DNA of 64,000 nucleotides from Calditrichia bacterium (GTDB lineage: Bacteria > Calditrichota > Calditrichia > RBG-13-44-9 > J075). The notes under the pieces are model-generated. The model worked only from the letters and a program-made list of their open reading frames with translations, searched no databases and was not told where the DNA came from. The translations under genes were made by a program, and so were the position numbers. This document shows, in pieces, positions 8,004 through 18,230 of this stretch (positions within the stretch are counted from its first letter, which is position 1; every line of letters starts with the position of its first letter). The stretch covers positions 96,001 to 160,000 of the forward strand of contig JBOEGD010000030.1 of NCBI GenBank assembly GCA_050633245.1. Reading direction: 5' to 3'.

Positions 8004-10595
8004 ATGAAGATCATAAATATATATGCAAAGCTATTGCTGATCTTTGTGCTAATGACTTTGTTCACTACGACGCATCTAAACGCGTACGGTTTTGCGAGTC
8101 ATATGGCACATAAAGATGAAATACTAGCAATATACCCACCAGGCACTCCAATAGGAGATCTCATTACAACCCATGAAGCTTATTTTCTGTATGGCAGTAT
8201 CTTTCCAGATGCTCAATTTGCAAACCGCCTCAAAAGTAGCTTAACGGATATTTATGATGAGGTAGAGGGAACCTTTGGGGTAAAAAGAGTCACATATAAA
8301 ATACTTGTCGACAATGTACCTGATGGTGACTTTCCCTTTGGTTTTGATACTCACCACCCGCTATACGGACTCGACTTTGCCGAGTTTATGTTACAACAAG
8401 CGAATCTACCGAATCCTCCCGGACCAAATCCACCAGAAGGATCTAATTGGATAACAAATCCTGCGCGAGGTGAAAAGCTTGCCTTTGCTTTGGGTTATTA
8501 TGCCCATCTAAGTGAGGACATTGTAGCACATGAGTTTTTTGTACCTGAAATTCTTGCAGGGTCAAATATTGGAGCATTATCTATTCTTAAGGTTGAGGAG
8601 AACGACCCGAACAACCTGATAGAGATTCCCGGAGAAAGCGAAACAGCAATTGAAATTAATACTGATTATAGGTTGGGTAGCACTGCTTCAGATTTGGTAG
8701 AGGATGTGGTTTTTAATGATTTTTGGGTTAAAGTTGGGCAGCTTGAGCCGCCAGTGCCCTTAATAATTTATATTAATGGAATCGCTATTGAATTCTATAA
8801 GGGAGGAACAAATCCCACGCTTAAATTTTTTCAGGAATGTGTTCAACAATGGAATACTATGCATCCCGAATATTTCGAAAACCCTCCTATAAACCTATTG
8901 GGGTTAGTTCAGATGTGCCATATGTTCCGTTTTCAAAATCGTTTTTATGGAGAAGCTGTTGGCCATGGCTCTCTTCCCGATGAATTGACTGATTGGATCG
9001 TAAATCACATTGATTGGGAAACATGGGTCGATTTAACACCAGCTTTCCTTGCTGCTACAATTGGAGTAATTAAGGCAATCGTTTTAAAAGAATTTTTTGA
9101 TGATTTTGTCGAAGGTACGGTTCTCGGTCAAAGTAAGGAAAAAGCACTTGAAGCATCAAAAACATTTTTTGGGATAATGAATAACGATGTAGGAGAGACG
9201 AACGCATATACCAGCAGCAAGCCAGACTTGTTTAATTTGGATGAATATAATATTTTCAAACAAAGCCCGGTATATTCAAGCTCTTCCTTTTTATTAGATC
9301 CCTTCAATAGTAGATACAAGGCCTTGGGCGCTAAGGTATTTGAGGATGTTGGCCCGGGTTCAAACTGGAACACCTCATGGTCTCCAAGAAATGTGAATTC
9401 ACTACGTGGGGCTGTACAAACATCGTTAAACAATCAACTTACGCAAGACTACGAAGCAAGAAACGATCTCGCTGTGTACGATTGCTATTTTACAGTAAAT
9501 GGTATCCGTGTGGCCGAGCAAAGCATTGATTATTCAGAGCTTGGTATCAACAATGTTCAAGCTGTTGCAGAGTTGTACAACTTAGTAGATACTTCTCCAA
9601 TTAATGTGACGCTCAAAGTTCGTGCACTAAATAATTCACCGCCAAATAATATAATTTCGCAATCATCAGTAACAATCAACCATGATCCGCTTACTTATAC
9701 ATCAACTAACCGAACAGAGATATTCACAACTTTCGGTCTGACTGAATTGGCAAAACACCTGTCTGTTCAAGATGGATTTGTAATCGAGTTATTCGCAAAT
9801 GGTAATACAAAGCCCTTCTTTACAACACTTTGGGATATATACTCTACCGTTCCCCAAGTCGATCCATTACCAAAGGCAATATATCGAGAGTTTAACACCT
9901 ATCAATATTGGCCACATTCTTTACTTATTGAAAGTTCAACTCCTGTTAATCTAACACTCTCGAACCTTGTGATTAATTATAGCACAGACTATACAGCAAT
10001 TAACAGCATTACTGCCGGGCCAAACTTTACAATCACCAACACAGGGGATGTATCACTAAATTCGGGTTCACAAATCCGTTTGGTTAATGGTTTTACCGCA
10101 GTTGCCGGGTCAGGATTTTCTGCCAAGATCGATCAAAATATCTCTTCACCAATCTTAGCGAATGTAGATAATCAACTGCGATCAAAAGGAAGTATTCATT
10201 CTGGTCAAACAGAAAGACGGCAAAAGCCTGGTTTTGACAAGGCAAAAATCCGGTATTCCCCGCAAGAAGTTTATGCTAAGGGAACAATAAATAAGCAGTC
10301 AGAAACAAAGCTTCCGGAACGATTTGAGCTAGAAGCAAATTATCCTAATCCTTTCAATCCTTCAACTACAATATCATATGCTATTAAGTATGAAACGCCA
10401 GTTATTTTAACCATATACGATGTACTGGGAAAGGAAGTAGCAACTCTCGTTGACAAGCCACAAGCAGCTGGCTATTATTCGGTTACTTGGGATGGAATTA
10501 ACCAGCACGGAGCATTGGTTGGTTCAGGAGTTTATGTCTATAGGATTAATGCTGGCGACTTTACAAAAAGCCACAGAATGGTATTTATGAAATAA
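8004..10595 (+). CDS. Secreted Zn-dependent phospholipase C-like protein with C-terminal FlgD-Ig/T9SS-type sorting domain
   Basis: Signal peptide, YGFASH, GSIFPD and GYYAHLSEDIVAH motifs; C-terminal NYPNPFNPSTTI...WDG...SGVYVYRI. Confidence 0.7.
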   Translation: MKIINIYAKLLLIFVLMTLFTTTHLNAYGFASHMAHKDEILAIYPPGTPIGDLITTHEAYFLYGSIFPDAQFANRLKSSLTDIYDEVEGTFGVKRVTYKILVDNVPDGDFPFGFDTHHPLYGLDFAEFMLQQANLPNPPGPNPPEGSNWITNPARGEKLAFALGYYAHLSEDIVAHEFFVPEILAGSNIGALSILKVEENDPNNLIEIPGESETAIEINTDYRLGSTASDLVEDVVFNDFWVKVGQLEPPVPLIIYINGIAIEFYKGGTNPTLKFFQECVQQWNTMHPEYFENPPINLLGLVQMCHMFRFQNRFYGEAVGHGSLPDELTDWIVNHIDWETWVDLTPAFLAATIGVIKAIVLKEFFDDFVEGTVLGQSKEKALEASKTFFGIMNNDVGETNAYTSSKPDLFNLDEYNIFKQSPVYSSSSFLLDPFNSRYKALGAKVFEDVGPGSNWNTSWSPRNVNSLRGAVQTSLNNQLTQDYEARNDLAVYDCYFTVNGIRVAEQSIDYSELGINNVQAVAELYNLVDTSPINVTLKVRALNNSPPNNIISQSSVTINHDPLTYTSTNRTEIFTTFGLTELAKHLSVQDGFVIELFANGNTKPFFTTLWDIYSTVPQVDPLPKAIYREFNTYQYWPHSLLIESSTPVNLTLSNLVINYSTDYTAINSITAGPNFTITNTGDVSLNSGSQIRLVNGFTAVAGSGFSAKIDQNISSPILANVDNQLRSKGSIHSGQTERRQKPGFDKAKIRYSPQEVYAKGTINKQSETKLPERFELEANYPNPFNPSTTISYAIKYETPVILTIYDVLGKEVATLVDKPQAAGYYSVTWDGINQHGALVGSGVYVYRINAGDFTKSHRMVFMK

Positions 10596-10641
10596 CGACC
10601 ACTGCTACCCCATGCAATAAGGACAATGCATTAACAATCAC

Positions 10642-10676
10642 TATCCCTCTTTCAAAAGCTCAGGAAAGAGGGATGG
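10642..10676 (+). terminator. Stem-loop after the PLC-like gene
   Basis: ATCCCTCTTTC...GAAAGAGGGAT inverted repeat. Confidence 0.55.
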
Positions 10677-10764
10677 TATTCTCCCTACAAAGCCCAATTA
10701 TCTATTGCCCCCAAAACTCAAATACCTTAGCTTATTCCTTTATCAAAACACTGAGCGGAAATAC

Positions 10765-11865
10765 ATGTCTACAGTTTTTGCACCAGAACTTGGTCATACA
10801 GAGAATCAGAAAGAGCTGCTAATCGGCATCAAGCAAAACCGTTTGCCGCACGCCTTTCTTTTTCACGGCCCTGAGGGAAGTGGCAAAGAAGCATTTGCCC
10901 TCGCACTCGCACAGCTGCTCAACAGCACCGCCGGTGTTCTGGATCCGAACGACCCGCCTCAACGCAAAATCAGCACGCTACAACATCCGGATGTAAAACT
11001 TGTCTTTCCCACTCCAGCCAAGACTAATATGAAGGAAGGCGACTATCTGGAGGTGTTAAAAGAGAAAGCGTCGAATCCATTTAAGCGAAGTGAGTTTCGC
11101 GGAAAAAATACCTTTATCGGAATCAACACTATTCGTGAGTTAAAAAGGGAATCGGCCTTTAAACTTTATGAAGGCAAGCGCAAGGTGTTCATCATTACCG
11201 AAGCACACACTATGCGGGTTGAAGCTGCGAATGCCTTACTAAAACTTCTTGAAGAACCACCGGACAATCTGGTGCTTATCCTCATCACATCGAATATCTA
11301 CAAAATTCTTACCACTATAAAGTCACGCTGTCAGATCATGTATTTTGCCAGCCTTGGTGAAGGACAACTCACCCATCTGATGGAAAAGTACGCCGGTGAT
11401 GTCCCGGATGAGAAGCGACGTTTGCTGATACGTTTATCCGGATACAATATCAAACGCGTTTTCGATTTTCTCGATCGCGATGTATTGGCCATCCGCGAGT
11501 CGGCAATAGACCTGTTACGCAAATCCATTCTCATTCACCGCGGACAGGAACTATTTAGCGTCTTGGAGCCCATCGCTCGCAACAAAGACAAAGCAGAAAC
11601 GCGACTGGTTCTCTGGTTTCTACTATTGTGGTTTCAGGACATTCTGCACTTAAAATACGGTGCTCAGGATCGCACCGGACTGTTCAATCGCGATAAGCTG
11701 GAAACTCTGCAAAAGTTCTGGGCCTATATTCCCAATGCCGATCTTCCGGAAGTTGTTTGGCACATTGAAAAAGCGCTACAGGATTTGAATGACACCAGGA
11801 ATTTTAATCCGTTATTGCTTTTAACCAACCTTACGGTTAAAATAAACTTATGTCTTAAAAAATAG
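10765..11865 (+). CDS. holB: DNA polymerase III subunit delta-prime
   Basis: HAFLFHGPEGSGK, AANALLKLLEEPP and TIKSRCQ motifs; upstream of ricT-metG. Confidence 0.92.
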   Translation: MSTVFAPELGHTENQKELLIGIKQNRLPHAFLFHGPEGSGKEAFALALAQLLNSTAGVLDPNDPPQRKISTLQHPDVKLVFPTPAKTNMKEGDYLEVLKEKASNPFKRSEFRGKNTFIGINTIRELKRESAFKLYEGKRKVFIITEAHTMRVEAANALLKLLEEPPDNLVLILITSNIYKILTTIKSRCQIMYFASLGEGQLTHLMEKYAGDVPDEKRRLLIRLSGYNIKRVFDFLDRDVLAIRESAIDLLRKSILIHRGQELFSVLEPIARNKDKAETRLVLWFLLLWFQDILHLKYGAQDRTGLFNRDKLETLQKFWAYIPNADLPEVVWHIEKALQDLNDTRNFNPLLLLTNLTVKINLCLKK

Positions 11866-12007
11866 ACATTTGGGGACATTGTAAACATCATTTATATAGA
11901 GCATTGGCAGGGCTGGCGGCTTGTACATGTCGCACGTCAATGCAATTTTTCCGTTCGTTGGTTAGTTTCTTTTCGCTACGTTCAGGAAGGATGAAAGGAA
12001 TTGCCCA

Positions 12008-12823
12008 ATGGCAGTTGAAATCTTAGAGGTCGCTTTTAAAGCCGGCCGAATTGGCGTGTACGTCAATAAATCAGAAATAGATATTACGTCTGAAGACTAT
12101 ATCATCGTTGAGGCTCAAAAAGGTTATGATATTGGCCGGACGCTTCAGCAAGGACAGCTATTCTACGAAGAAGGTCTGAATGAGGATCTGAAGAACGTAG
12201 TTCGCAAAGCCACTGAAGCCGATCTTTCAAAGATGAAAGAGAATCGCAGACTTGAAGAAGATGCGATTCGCACCTGCAAGCAAAAGATCCATGCCCATAA
12301 GCTGAACATGAACCTGGTAGATGCAGAATATCAGCTCGACCATAGTAAGCTCTCCTTTTATTTCACCTCCGAACAACGCGTAGACTTCCGAAAGTTGGTT
12401 CGTGATCTGGCTTCACAATTTCGCACCCGTATTGAGCTACGCCAGATTGGCGTTCGCGATGCCGCCCGCCACGTCAGTGGTTATGGCGCATGTGGTTGCC
12501 AGCTATGCTGCACGACGTTTATCAAGAAATTCGAGAACATCACAACTCAATACGTGAAAAATCAGCTCATCCCGATGAGCCCCTCCCGGCTAACCGGAAT
12601 TTGCGGTCGCCTGAAATGCTGCCTGGCCTACGAGAACGATTTCTATCTCGAAGAACTTGCCAAGCACCCAGCCGTCGATTCAAAAGTCGAAACGCCGGAC
12701 GGCCAGGGTTATGTTCACAAAATCGACATCTTCAACTCAATTATTTATGTGCGCTTTAAAAGCGGTGATATTGAGAAGTACGAAGCGGATGTACTCGCGG
12801 GTGTAACCACAGACAATGGATGA
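12008..12823 (+). CDS. ricT: PSP1/RicT (YaaT) regulatory Fe-S protein
   Basis: RVDFRKLVRDLA, RIELRQIGVRD, CGCQLCC and CGRLKCCL motifs. Confidence 0.92.
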   Translation: MAVEILEVAFKAGRIGVYVNKSEIDITSEDYIIVEAQKGYDIGRTLQQGQLFYEEGLNEDLKNVVRKATEADLSKMKENRRLEEDAIRTCKQKIHAHKLNMNLVDAEYQLDHSKLSFYFTSEQRVDFRKLVRDLASQFRTRIELRQIGVRDAARHVSGYGACGCQLCCTTFIKKFENITTQYVKNQLIPMSPSRLTGICGRLKCCLAYENDFYLEELAKHPAVDSKVETPDGQGYVHKIDIFNSIIYVRFKSGDIEKYEADVLAGVTTDNG

Positions 12824-13165
12824 GTTATGATTCATGAATGATGAATTCACCACTCATCGCTTGTATAAAAAGTCGTTGTCAATACCATTATATTTTCTAT
12901 TATCTATCATCAGTCAATAAATCGCTTTTATTGTGCTTATTCACATTATTAGCCCTTCCTTCCGTTCCACAGTCACATTCCACTTTTAAAACCCTTTAGA
13001 TTATCAGTCTTAGTTCTGCAATCGTATTCTATCTTTCGAATCTTTTAAATCATCATTCATTAATCATCATTCATCAATTCTATTGAATTCCCCTCCGAAT
13101 ATCGCTATTTTGTGGCCTCCTATTTTTCTATTGTAATCACTGATTTGTAATCCTGAGGTTTTCAC

Positions 13166-15268
13166 GTGAGACGCGAATTTACATATACCCCCAAAAGTAA
13201 CAAAAAACTATCCGATAAGAAGCGCTACATGCTGACCAGTGCGCTACCGTATGCCAACGGTCCGATCCATCTTGGACATTTGGCTGGGGCTTACCTTCCC
13301 GGAGACATTTATGCGCGTTACTGCCGTTTGAAAAAACGCGATGTCGTGTATATCTGTGGATCGGATGAACACGGCGTAGCAATTCAAATTCGCGCACGCA
13401 AAGATGGTGTTACGCCACGTGAAATTATAGATCGTTATCATCCGCTGATAAAAGAGAGCTTTGAGCGCGTGGGAATGTCCTTCGATTATTATGGCCGCAC
13501 CTCAGCGGAGATCCATCATAAAACCAGTCAGGACTTTTTTCGCACTGTCGCTGAAAACGGTCATTTTCAGGTCAAAAGTGAAGAACAATTATTTGACCCT
13601 GAAGCAAATATGTTTCTGGCCGATCGCTTTGTAATAGGGACCTGTCCAAACTGTTCATTCGAAAATGCCTATGGAGATCAGTGTGAAAATTGCGGCACAG
13701 CACTCAGCCCAAAAGAGCTGGTTAACCCTCGCAGTACAATTACGGATGCCAAGCCGGAACTTCGCACCACAACTCACTGGTATTTGCCGTTAGATAAATT
13801 CCAGAGTGAACTGGAAAAATACATCGAGAGCCACCCGGAGTGGCGCAAGAACGTGCTGGGCCAAATCGGAAGCTGGTTTAAATCGGGACTACAGCCACGC
13901 TCAATTACTCGAGATCTGAGCTGGGGAATTCAGGTTCCGCAGGATGTTGCTGACAAAGAAGGCGTCGACGCCAGCGGTAAAAAACTGTACGTCTGGTTCG
14001 ATGCGCCAATCGGTTATATTTCCGCAACCAAAGAATGGGCAGTTCAACAGGGCAACCCTGATGCCTGGGAGGCGTATTGGAAAAATAAAGATACCGCGCT
14101 GGTTCACTTCATTGGCAAAGACAACATCGTATTTCACTGCCTTACCTTTCCGGCAATTCTAATGGCGCACGGCGATTATATTTTGCCTGAAAACGTTCCG
14201 GCGAACGAATTTCTGAATCTGGAAGGCAACAAATTCTCTACAAGTCGCGACTATGCAGTATGGCTAAACGACTATCTCGACCGTTTCGACCCTGACCCTT
14301 TACGCTATACGCTGGCCATTGGTATGCCGGAGTCTAAGGATGGGGATTTTTCGTGGAAGGAATTTCAATCGCGCCACAACAACGAACTCGCAGACGTGCT
14401 GGGGAACTTTGTTAATCGCACCTTTACCTTCGTGAAAAAATATTTTGAAGACGGTGTTCCCGCTGCCGAGACGCATGACGATTTAGATAAAGAGCTCTTC
14501 GGCGCTATAGAATCGGCGCAACAAGAAATGGGTCAGGCTCTCGATGAGTTCGAATTCAAAAAAGCGACGAAGCGTCTGATGGAACTTGGTCGATTCGCCA
14601 ATAAATATTTTAACGATCGCGAACCATGGAAAACCCGCAAGAGCGCTCCCGAAGTTTGCGCCACCAGCCTGAACAATTGCGTGCAGGCGACTCGTGCGCT
14701 GGCTGTATTGATGAGCCCGTTTATTCCTTTTAGCGCCGAGAAGATCTGGCAAATGCTGCAGCTGGAAGGCAAAGCTGCTGACGCCGAGTGGGAAAGCGTC
14801 GCGGAACGTCATATTCAGCCCGGCCATAAGATTGGCGAGCTGGTTATTCTGTTCCAGAAGTTGGAAGATAACGTTATCGATGCAGAGATTGAGCGCCTAA
14901 ACAGCGCCCTAAAAACCGAACCGGATACACCGGTTGAGGAGAGTAATTTGATCAGCTTTGAAGATTTTCAAAATATTGACCTGCGCACAGCAAAAGTAAT
15001 TGAAGCCGAGGCAGTGCCGAAAGCAAATCGCCTGCTGCGGTTACAGGTCGACTTAGGCAGCGAGAAGCGACAGATTGTTGCCGGGCTGGCAGAGAACTAT
15101 CAGCCGGAAGACCTGATTGGCAAAACTGTTGTTGTCGTTGCCAATCTAAAACCCGCAACGATTCGCGGTGTAGAATCGCAGGGCATGCTACTGGCCGTGA
15201 AAGATGAGAGCGGTTTAACAATCGTTTCTCCGGAAAAAGACGTTGCACCTGGAAACAGTGTGGCATAA
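13166..15268 (+). CDS. metG: Methionine-tRNA ligase
   Basis: ALPYANGPIHLGH, Zn knuckles, KFSTS and C-terminal tRNA-binding OB domain. Confidence 0.97.
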   Translation: MRREFTYTPKSNKKLSDKKRYMLTSALPYANGPIHLGHLAGAYLPGDIYARYCRLKKRDVVYICGSDEHGVAIQIRARKDGVTPREIIDRYHPLIKESFERVGMSFDYYGRTSAEIHHKTSQDFFRTVAENGHFQVKSEEQLFDPEANMFLADRFVIGTCPNCSFENAYGDQCENCGTALSPKELVNPRSTITDAKPELRTTTHWYLPLDKFQSELEKYIESHPEWRKNVLGQIGSWFKSGLQPRSITRDLSWGIQVPQDVADKEGVDASGKKLYVWFDAPIGYISATKEWAVQQGNPDAWEAYWKNKDTALVHFIGKDNIVFHCLTFPAILMAHGDYILPENVPANEFLNLEGNKFSTSRDYAVWLNDYLDRFDPDPLRYTLAIGMPESKDGDFSWKEFQSRHNNELADVLGNFVNRTFTFVKKYFEDGVPAAETHDDLDKELFGAIESAQQEMGQALDEFEFKKATKRLMELGRFANKYFNDREPWKTRKSAPEVCATSLNNCVQATRALAVLMSPFIPFSAEKIWQMLQLEGKAADAEWESVAERHIQPGHKIGELVILFQKLEDNVIDAEIERLNSALKTEPDTPVEESNLISFEDFQNIDLRTAKVIEAEAVPKANRLLRLQVDLGSEKRQIVAGLAENYQPEDLIGKTVVVVANLKPATIRGVESQGMLLAVKDESGLTIVSPEKDVAPGNSVA

Positions 15269-15282
15269 TAAAGGAGAACGGC

Positions 15283-15531
15283 ATGGCAGTCAAAATTCAG
15301 GATGATATAAAGGAGAAATTACGTGGTTCAGTTCAGCGTTATTTCGATGAAGAGCTCGATATGGAAATCGGTGATCTAAAATCTGAACTGATTCTCGACT
15401 TTATTCTGAAAGAAGCAGGTCCGGTTATTTACAATCAGGCCATTAAAGATGCGCAGGCCTTTATATCAGATAAGGCTGATGACATGGATGCCACACTCTA
15501 TCACGTCGAATTCGCCTACTGGAAAAAATGA
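15283..15531 (+). CDS. DUF2164 family protein
   Basis: YFDEELDMEIGDL...GPVIYNQAIKDAQ. Confidence 0.8.
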   Translation: MAVKIQDDIKEKLRGSVQRYFDEELDMEIGDLKSELILDFILKEAGPVIYNQAIKDAQAFISDKADDMDATLYHVEFAYWKK

Positions 15532-16250
15532 GTTATCAACAAGACCTCGCCTATGTTCACCATACCGGCTATGGTAGCTTTGCCGAGAATGCTGCGCGTG
15601 AACTGATTTCCATACTACAAAAATACAATATTCACAACGGACAGATTCTCGATCTCGGTTGTGGTAGCGGCATCACCTCACGTATATTCACCGATGCAGG
15701 TTATGACGTTCACGGAATCGACTATTCGCAGGATCTAATCGGTCTGGCAAAAAAAAATGCACCAAAAGCGACCTTTCAAACGGCTTCGTTTTATGATTGC
15801 GCCCTACCCGATTCCTCCGCAGTGGTTTGCCTGAGTGAATGCCTTAACTATCTATTCGACGCCGATGCTGAAAAGAAGCTCTTTGCACTTTTCCAAACAA
15901 TCTATGAATCGTTGCCAAAGAACGGTGTATTTATTTGTGATGTTATTGAGCCGGGCGTGAACGGAAAAGAGGCGCTGGTCCGCACGTATTCCAAGGGAGA
16001 AGACTGGGCTATTTTGCTCGAAAAGGAGGAGTTTCCCAGAGAGCGCATGCTGGAACGCAGGATGACAATCTTCCGAAAAACTGGCGAGCTATGGCGCAGA
16101 AGTGAGGAAACGCATCGCGTTCGACTCTATAAAAGCACTACCTTTGCAAAGCTCTTAAGAAAAGCGAACTTCAGCGTTCGTACTGTTCGAGGCTATGGCG
16201 CTCTGCGTTTCCGCAAAGGCCAGGTCGGATTTATTGCGCGAAAAAGATAG
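15528..16250 (+). CDS. Class I SAM-dependent methyltransferase
   Basis: ILDLGCGSG motif I. Confidence 0.88.
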   Translation: MSYQQDLAYVHHTGYGSFAENAARELISILQKYNIHNGQILDLGCGSGITSRIFTDAGYDVHGIDYSQDLIGLAKKNAPKATFQTASFYDCALPDSSAVVCLSECLNYLFDADAEKKLFALFQTIYESLPKNGVFICDVIEPGVNGKEALVRTYSKGEDWAILLEKEEFPRERMLERRMTIFRKTGELWRRSEETHRVRLYKSTTFAKLLRKANFSVRTVRGYGALRFRKGQVGFIARKR

Positions 16251-16274
16251 GATCAACCTATGTGTAATATTAGC

Positions 16275-16296
16275 GGGCAGACACATAGGTCTGCCC
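16275..16296. repeat. REP-like palindrome
   Basis: GGGCAGAC-ACATAG-GTCTGCCC; related to the palindrome at 17721-17752. Confidence 0.7.
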
Positions 16297-16319
16297 TTCA
16301 ATACCATGAGAGGAGAGTT

Positions 16320-16490
16320 ATGAGAAAGTTAATGGTTTTATTTATGTTATGTGGGGCTTCCTTCATGATTATGCCGGGTTGTTCCGGAGGCGGGGAAGAG
16401 ACCGAGACGGCAGCAGCCTGTTCTGATTGTGAAGGACATGAGTGTTCCTGTAAAGCTGGCGAGTGCAAATGCGATGGCTGTGGAGGCTAA
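16320..16490 (+). CDS. Small Cys-rich metallothionein-like lipoprotein (56 aa)
   Basis: RBS GAGAGGAG before ATG 16320, signal peptide ending MPG-C, C-terminal CSDCEGHECSCKAGECKCDGC; its stop abuts the next ATG. Confidence 0.7.
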   Translation: MRKLMVLFMLCGASFMIMPGCSGGGEETETAAACSDCEGHECSCKAGECKCDGCGG

Positions 16491-16982
16491 ATGGCTACCA
16501 ATGAAGTAAAGTCATATTTTCAGGATAAGATGACCAAAAATCACTGCTTCGGCTGCGGCATAGATAATAAAAACGGTCTGCAGATCAAAAGCTATTGGAG
16601 CGGTGAGAAAGAATCCACCTGCATTTTCCAGCCGAAAAAGCATCACGCAGCCGGACCGATACAATTTATGAACGGCGGCATTTCTGCAACTATTATCGAC
16701 TGCCATACTGTCTGTACGGCTATGGCAAGGCACTACCGGGATGAGGGGCGGGAAATTGGTTCCGGCGACCTTATCTGGTGCGTAACCGGATCTCTGGAGC
16801 TACAGTATAAGCGACCGGTTCCGCTTAATAAACCGGTACGCCTTCTAGCCAGAATTGAAAAAGAAGAAGGTCAAAAGACCTTCCTAAACTGCGGACTCTA
16901 TTCTGGGGAAACCCTTTGTGTAACCGCCACGGTTTTGGCTATTCGCGTAAACGATGAGTGGTTAAAAGCAAACCCCAATTAG
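16491..16982 (+). CDS. PaaI/hotdog-fold thioesterase
   Basis: CFGCG, NGGISATIIDCH and TGSLELQYKRPVP motifs. Confidence 0.88.
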   Translation: MATNEVKSYFQDKMTKNHCFGCGIDNKNGLQIKSYWSGEKESTCIFQPKKHHAAGPIQFMNGGISATIIDCHTVCTAMARHYRDEGREIGSGDLIWCVTGSLELQYKRPVPLNKPVRLLARIEKEEGQKTFLNCGLYSGETLCVTATVLAIRVNDEWLKANPN

Positions 16983-17090
16983 CACTTTCCCAAATTTCTC
17001 CTGCGTTAGTTAATAGACGGATCATTTAAAAGACACAAGAGCAGCTCTCGTCTGATTAACAACCATTCATTCATATGCAGGGGAACTATT

Positions 17091-17696
17091 ATGAAATCAT
17101 TGCGCCTCATTTCGTTATTTCTGTTTTTCGCATTAAGTGCGTTAAACGCCCAGGAAAAAGCTCGGGAAATTGGAATCACTCTTTTTGGTGGCGGGTTCTC
17201 AGCTACCTCAGAAATTATTGCCGAAGACCTTGGTCTATTTGGTGAAGCCACCGCAAAACATGTTTCCGCCACTGCTTTCGGTGCACATGTTACAAACTGG
17301 GTAAGCCCAAACATTGGGGTTGAATCGACCGTGGCATTTACGCCGAGTGCCGTTGAGGTATCTGGCCTGGGTCTTGAAGAACAAATTTCGGCAGGCCTAT
17401 TTTTTAGCTCTATTAAATTTTTGGTTGGCGGCGGTACATCGTCGCGCTTTCATCTTGGCTTTGGAATCGGGTTGGTTACCAGTAGTTATGATGAGTTTCT
17501 TGGCGGTGATACACATCTTACCGGAGCTCTGGGAGCTGCCGTTTCCATTCCGATAGGAAAAAGCATAGCGCTTCGGCTTGGAGTCGACAATAACATTCAT
17601 ACTGTTTTTTGGGAATTTGATGGTGTAGAGTCCGAATCCAAACTGCAAAATGACCTGGTATTTGGATTAGGCCTTACGGTAAGAAATACGTATTGA
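17091..17696 (+). CDS. Outer-membrane beta-barrel protein
   Basis: Signal peptide and alternating amphipathic strands. Confidence 0.65.
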   Translation: MKSLRLISLFLFFALSALNAQEKAREIGITLFGGGFSATSEIIAEDLGLFGEATAKHVSATAFGAHVTNWVSPNIGVESTVAFTPSAVEVSGLGLEEQISAGLFFSSIKFLVGGGTSSRFHLGFGIGLVTSSYDEFLGGDTHLTGALGAAVSIPIGKSIALRLGVDNNIHTVFWEFDGVESESKLQNDLVFGLGLTVRNTY

Positions 17697-17720
17697 TAAA
17701 ACGTTGAGCATAAAGCGTAT

Positions 17721-17752
17721 AACAGAGGCTGACATATAGGTCAGCCTCTGTT
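17721..17752. terminator. REP-like hairpin between convergent genes (possible bidirectional terminator)
   Basis: AACAGAGGCTGAC-ATATAG-GTCAGCCTCTGTT. Confidence 0.7.
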
Positions 17753-17762
17753 TATATACCCA

Positions 17763-18227
17763 TCATTTGCCTGTCGAACCAATTCCACCACGGGTTGGGC
17801 CGGCAAAATCAGCAGAATTCATTTCCTGCCATTCTACTTGTGAAGCATAATTCTTTTCGAAAATAATCTGCGCGATTCGCGTGCCTTTCTCAATAATAAA
17901 CGGCTCATCCTTTTTCGCATCGCGGGGATTGTACAAACGTACCATCGCAATTTTCAGCTCATCTTCCGGACCGCAATAATCTTCGTCAATAATGCCAACA
18001 TCATTCGCCAGACAAATTCCATTTTTAATCGCAACGCTGCTGCGAATATGGATTTTATAAAAGAATCCCCGTGGTGGTTCAATAATCAAGCCGGTCGGAA
18101 TGACCACCACCTCACCCGGCCAAAGCTCGGTTGTTGCCGACGCGTGCACGTCCAACCCGGCAGAACCAGGCGTTTGACATTTCGGCAATGCCACTGATTT
18201 ATCTTTGCGATAGATTCTAACTTTCAC
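17763..18227 (-). CDS. dut: dUTP diphosphatase
   Basis: GSAGLD, RSS, GIIDEDY, RIAQ and RGGIGSTG motifs. Confidence 0.93.
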   Translation of the reverse strand: MKVRIYRKDKSVALPKCQTPGSAGLDVHASATTELWPGEVVVIPTGLIIEPPRGFFYKIHIRSSVAIKNGICLANDVGIIDEDYCGPEDELKIAMVRLYNPRDAKKDEPFIIEKGTRIAQIIFEKNYASQVEWQEMNSADFAGPTRGGIGSTGK

Positions 18228-18230
18228 AAT

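Noticed and set aside
12824-13165. T-box or SAM riboswitch upstream of metG
   Set aside because: No T-box motif, SAM-I core or leader terminator seen; the region is AT-rich with short repeats.
13157-13173. parS-like sequences at the metG start, 41918 and 60889
   Set aside because: Too many mismatches; only half-sites match.
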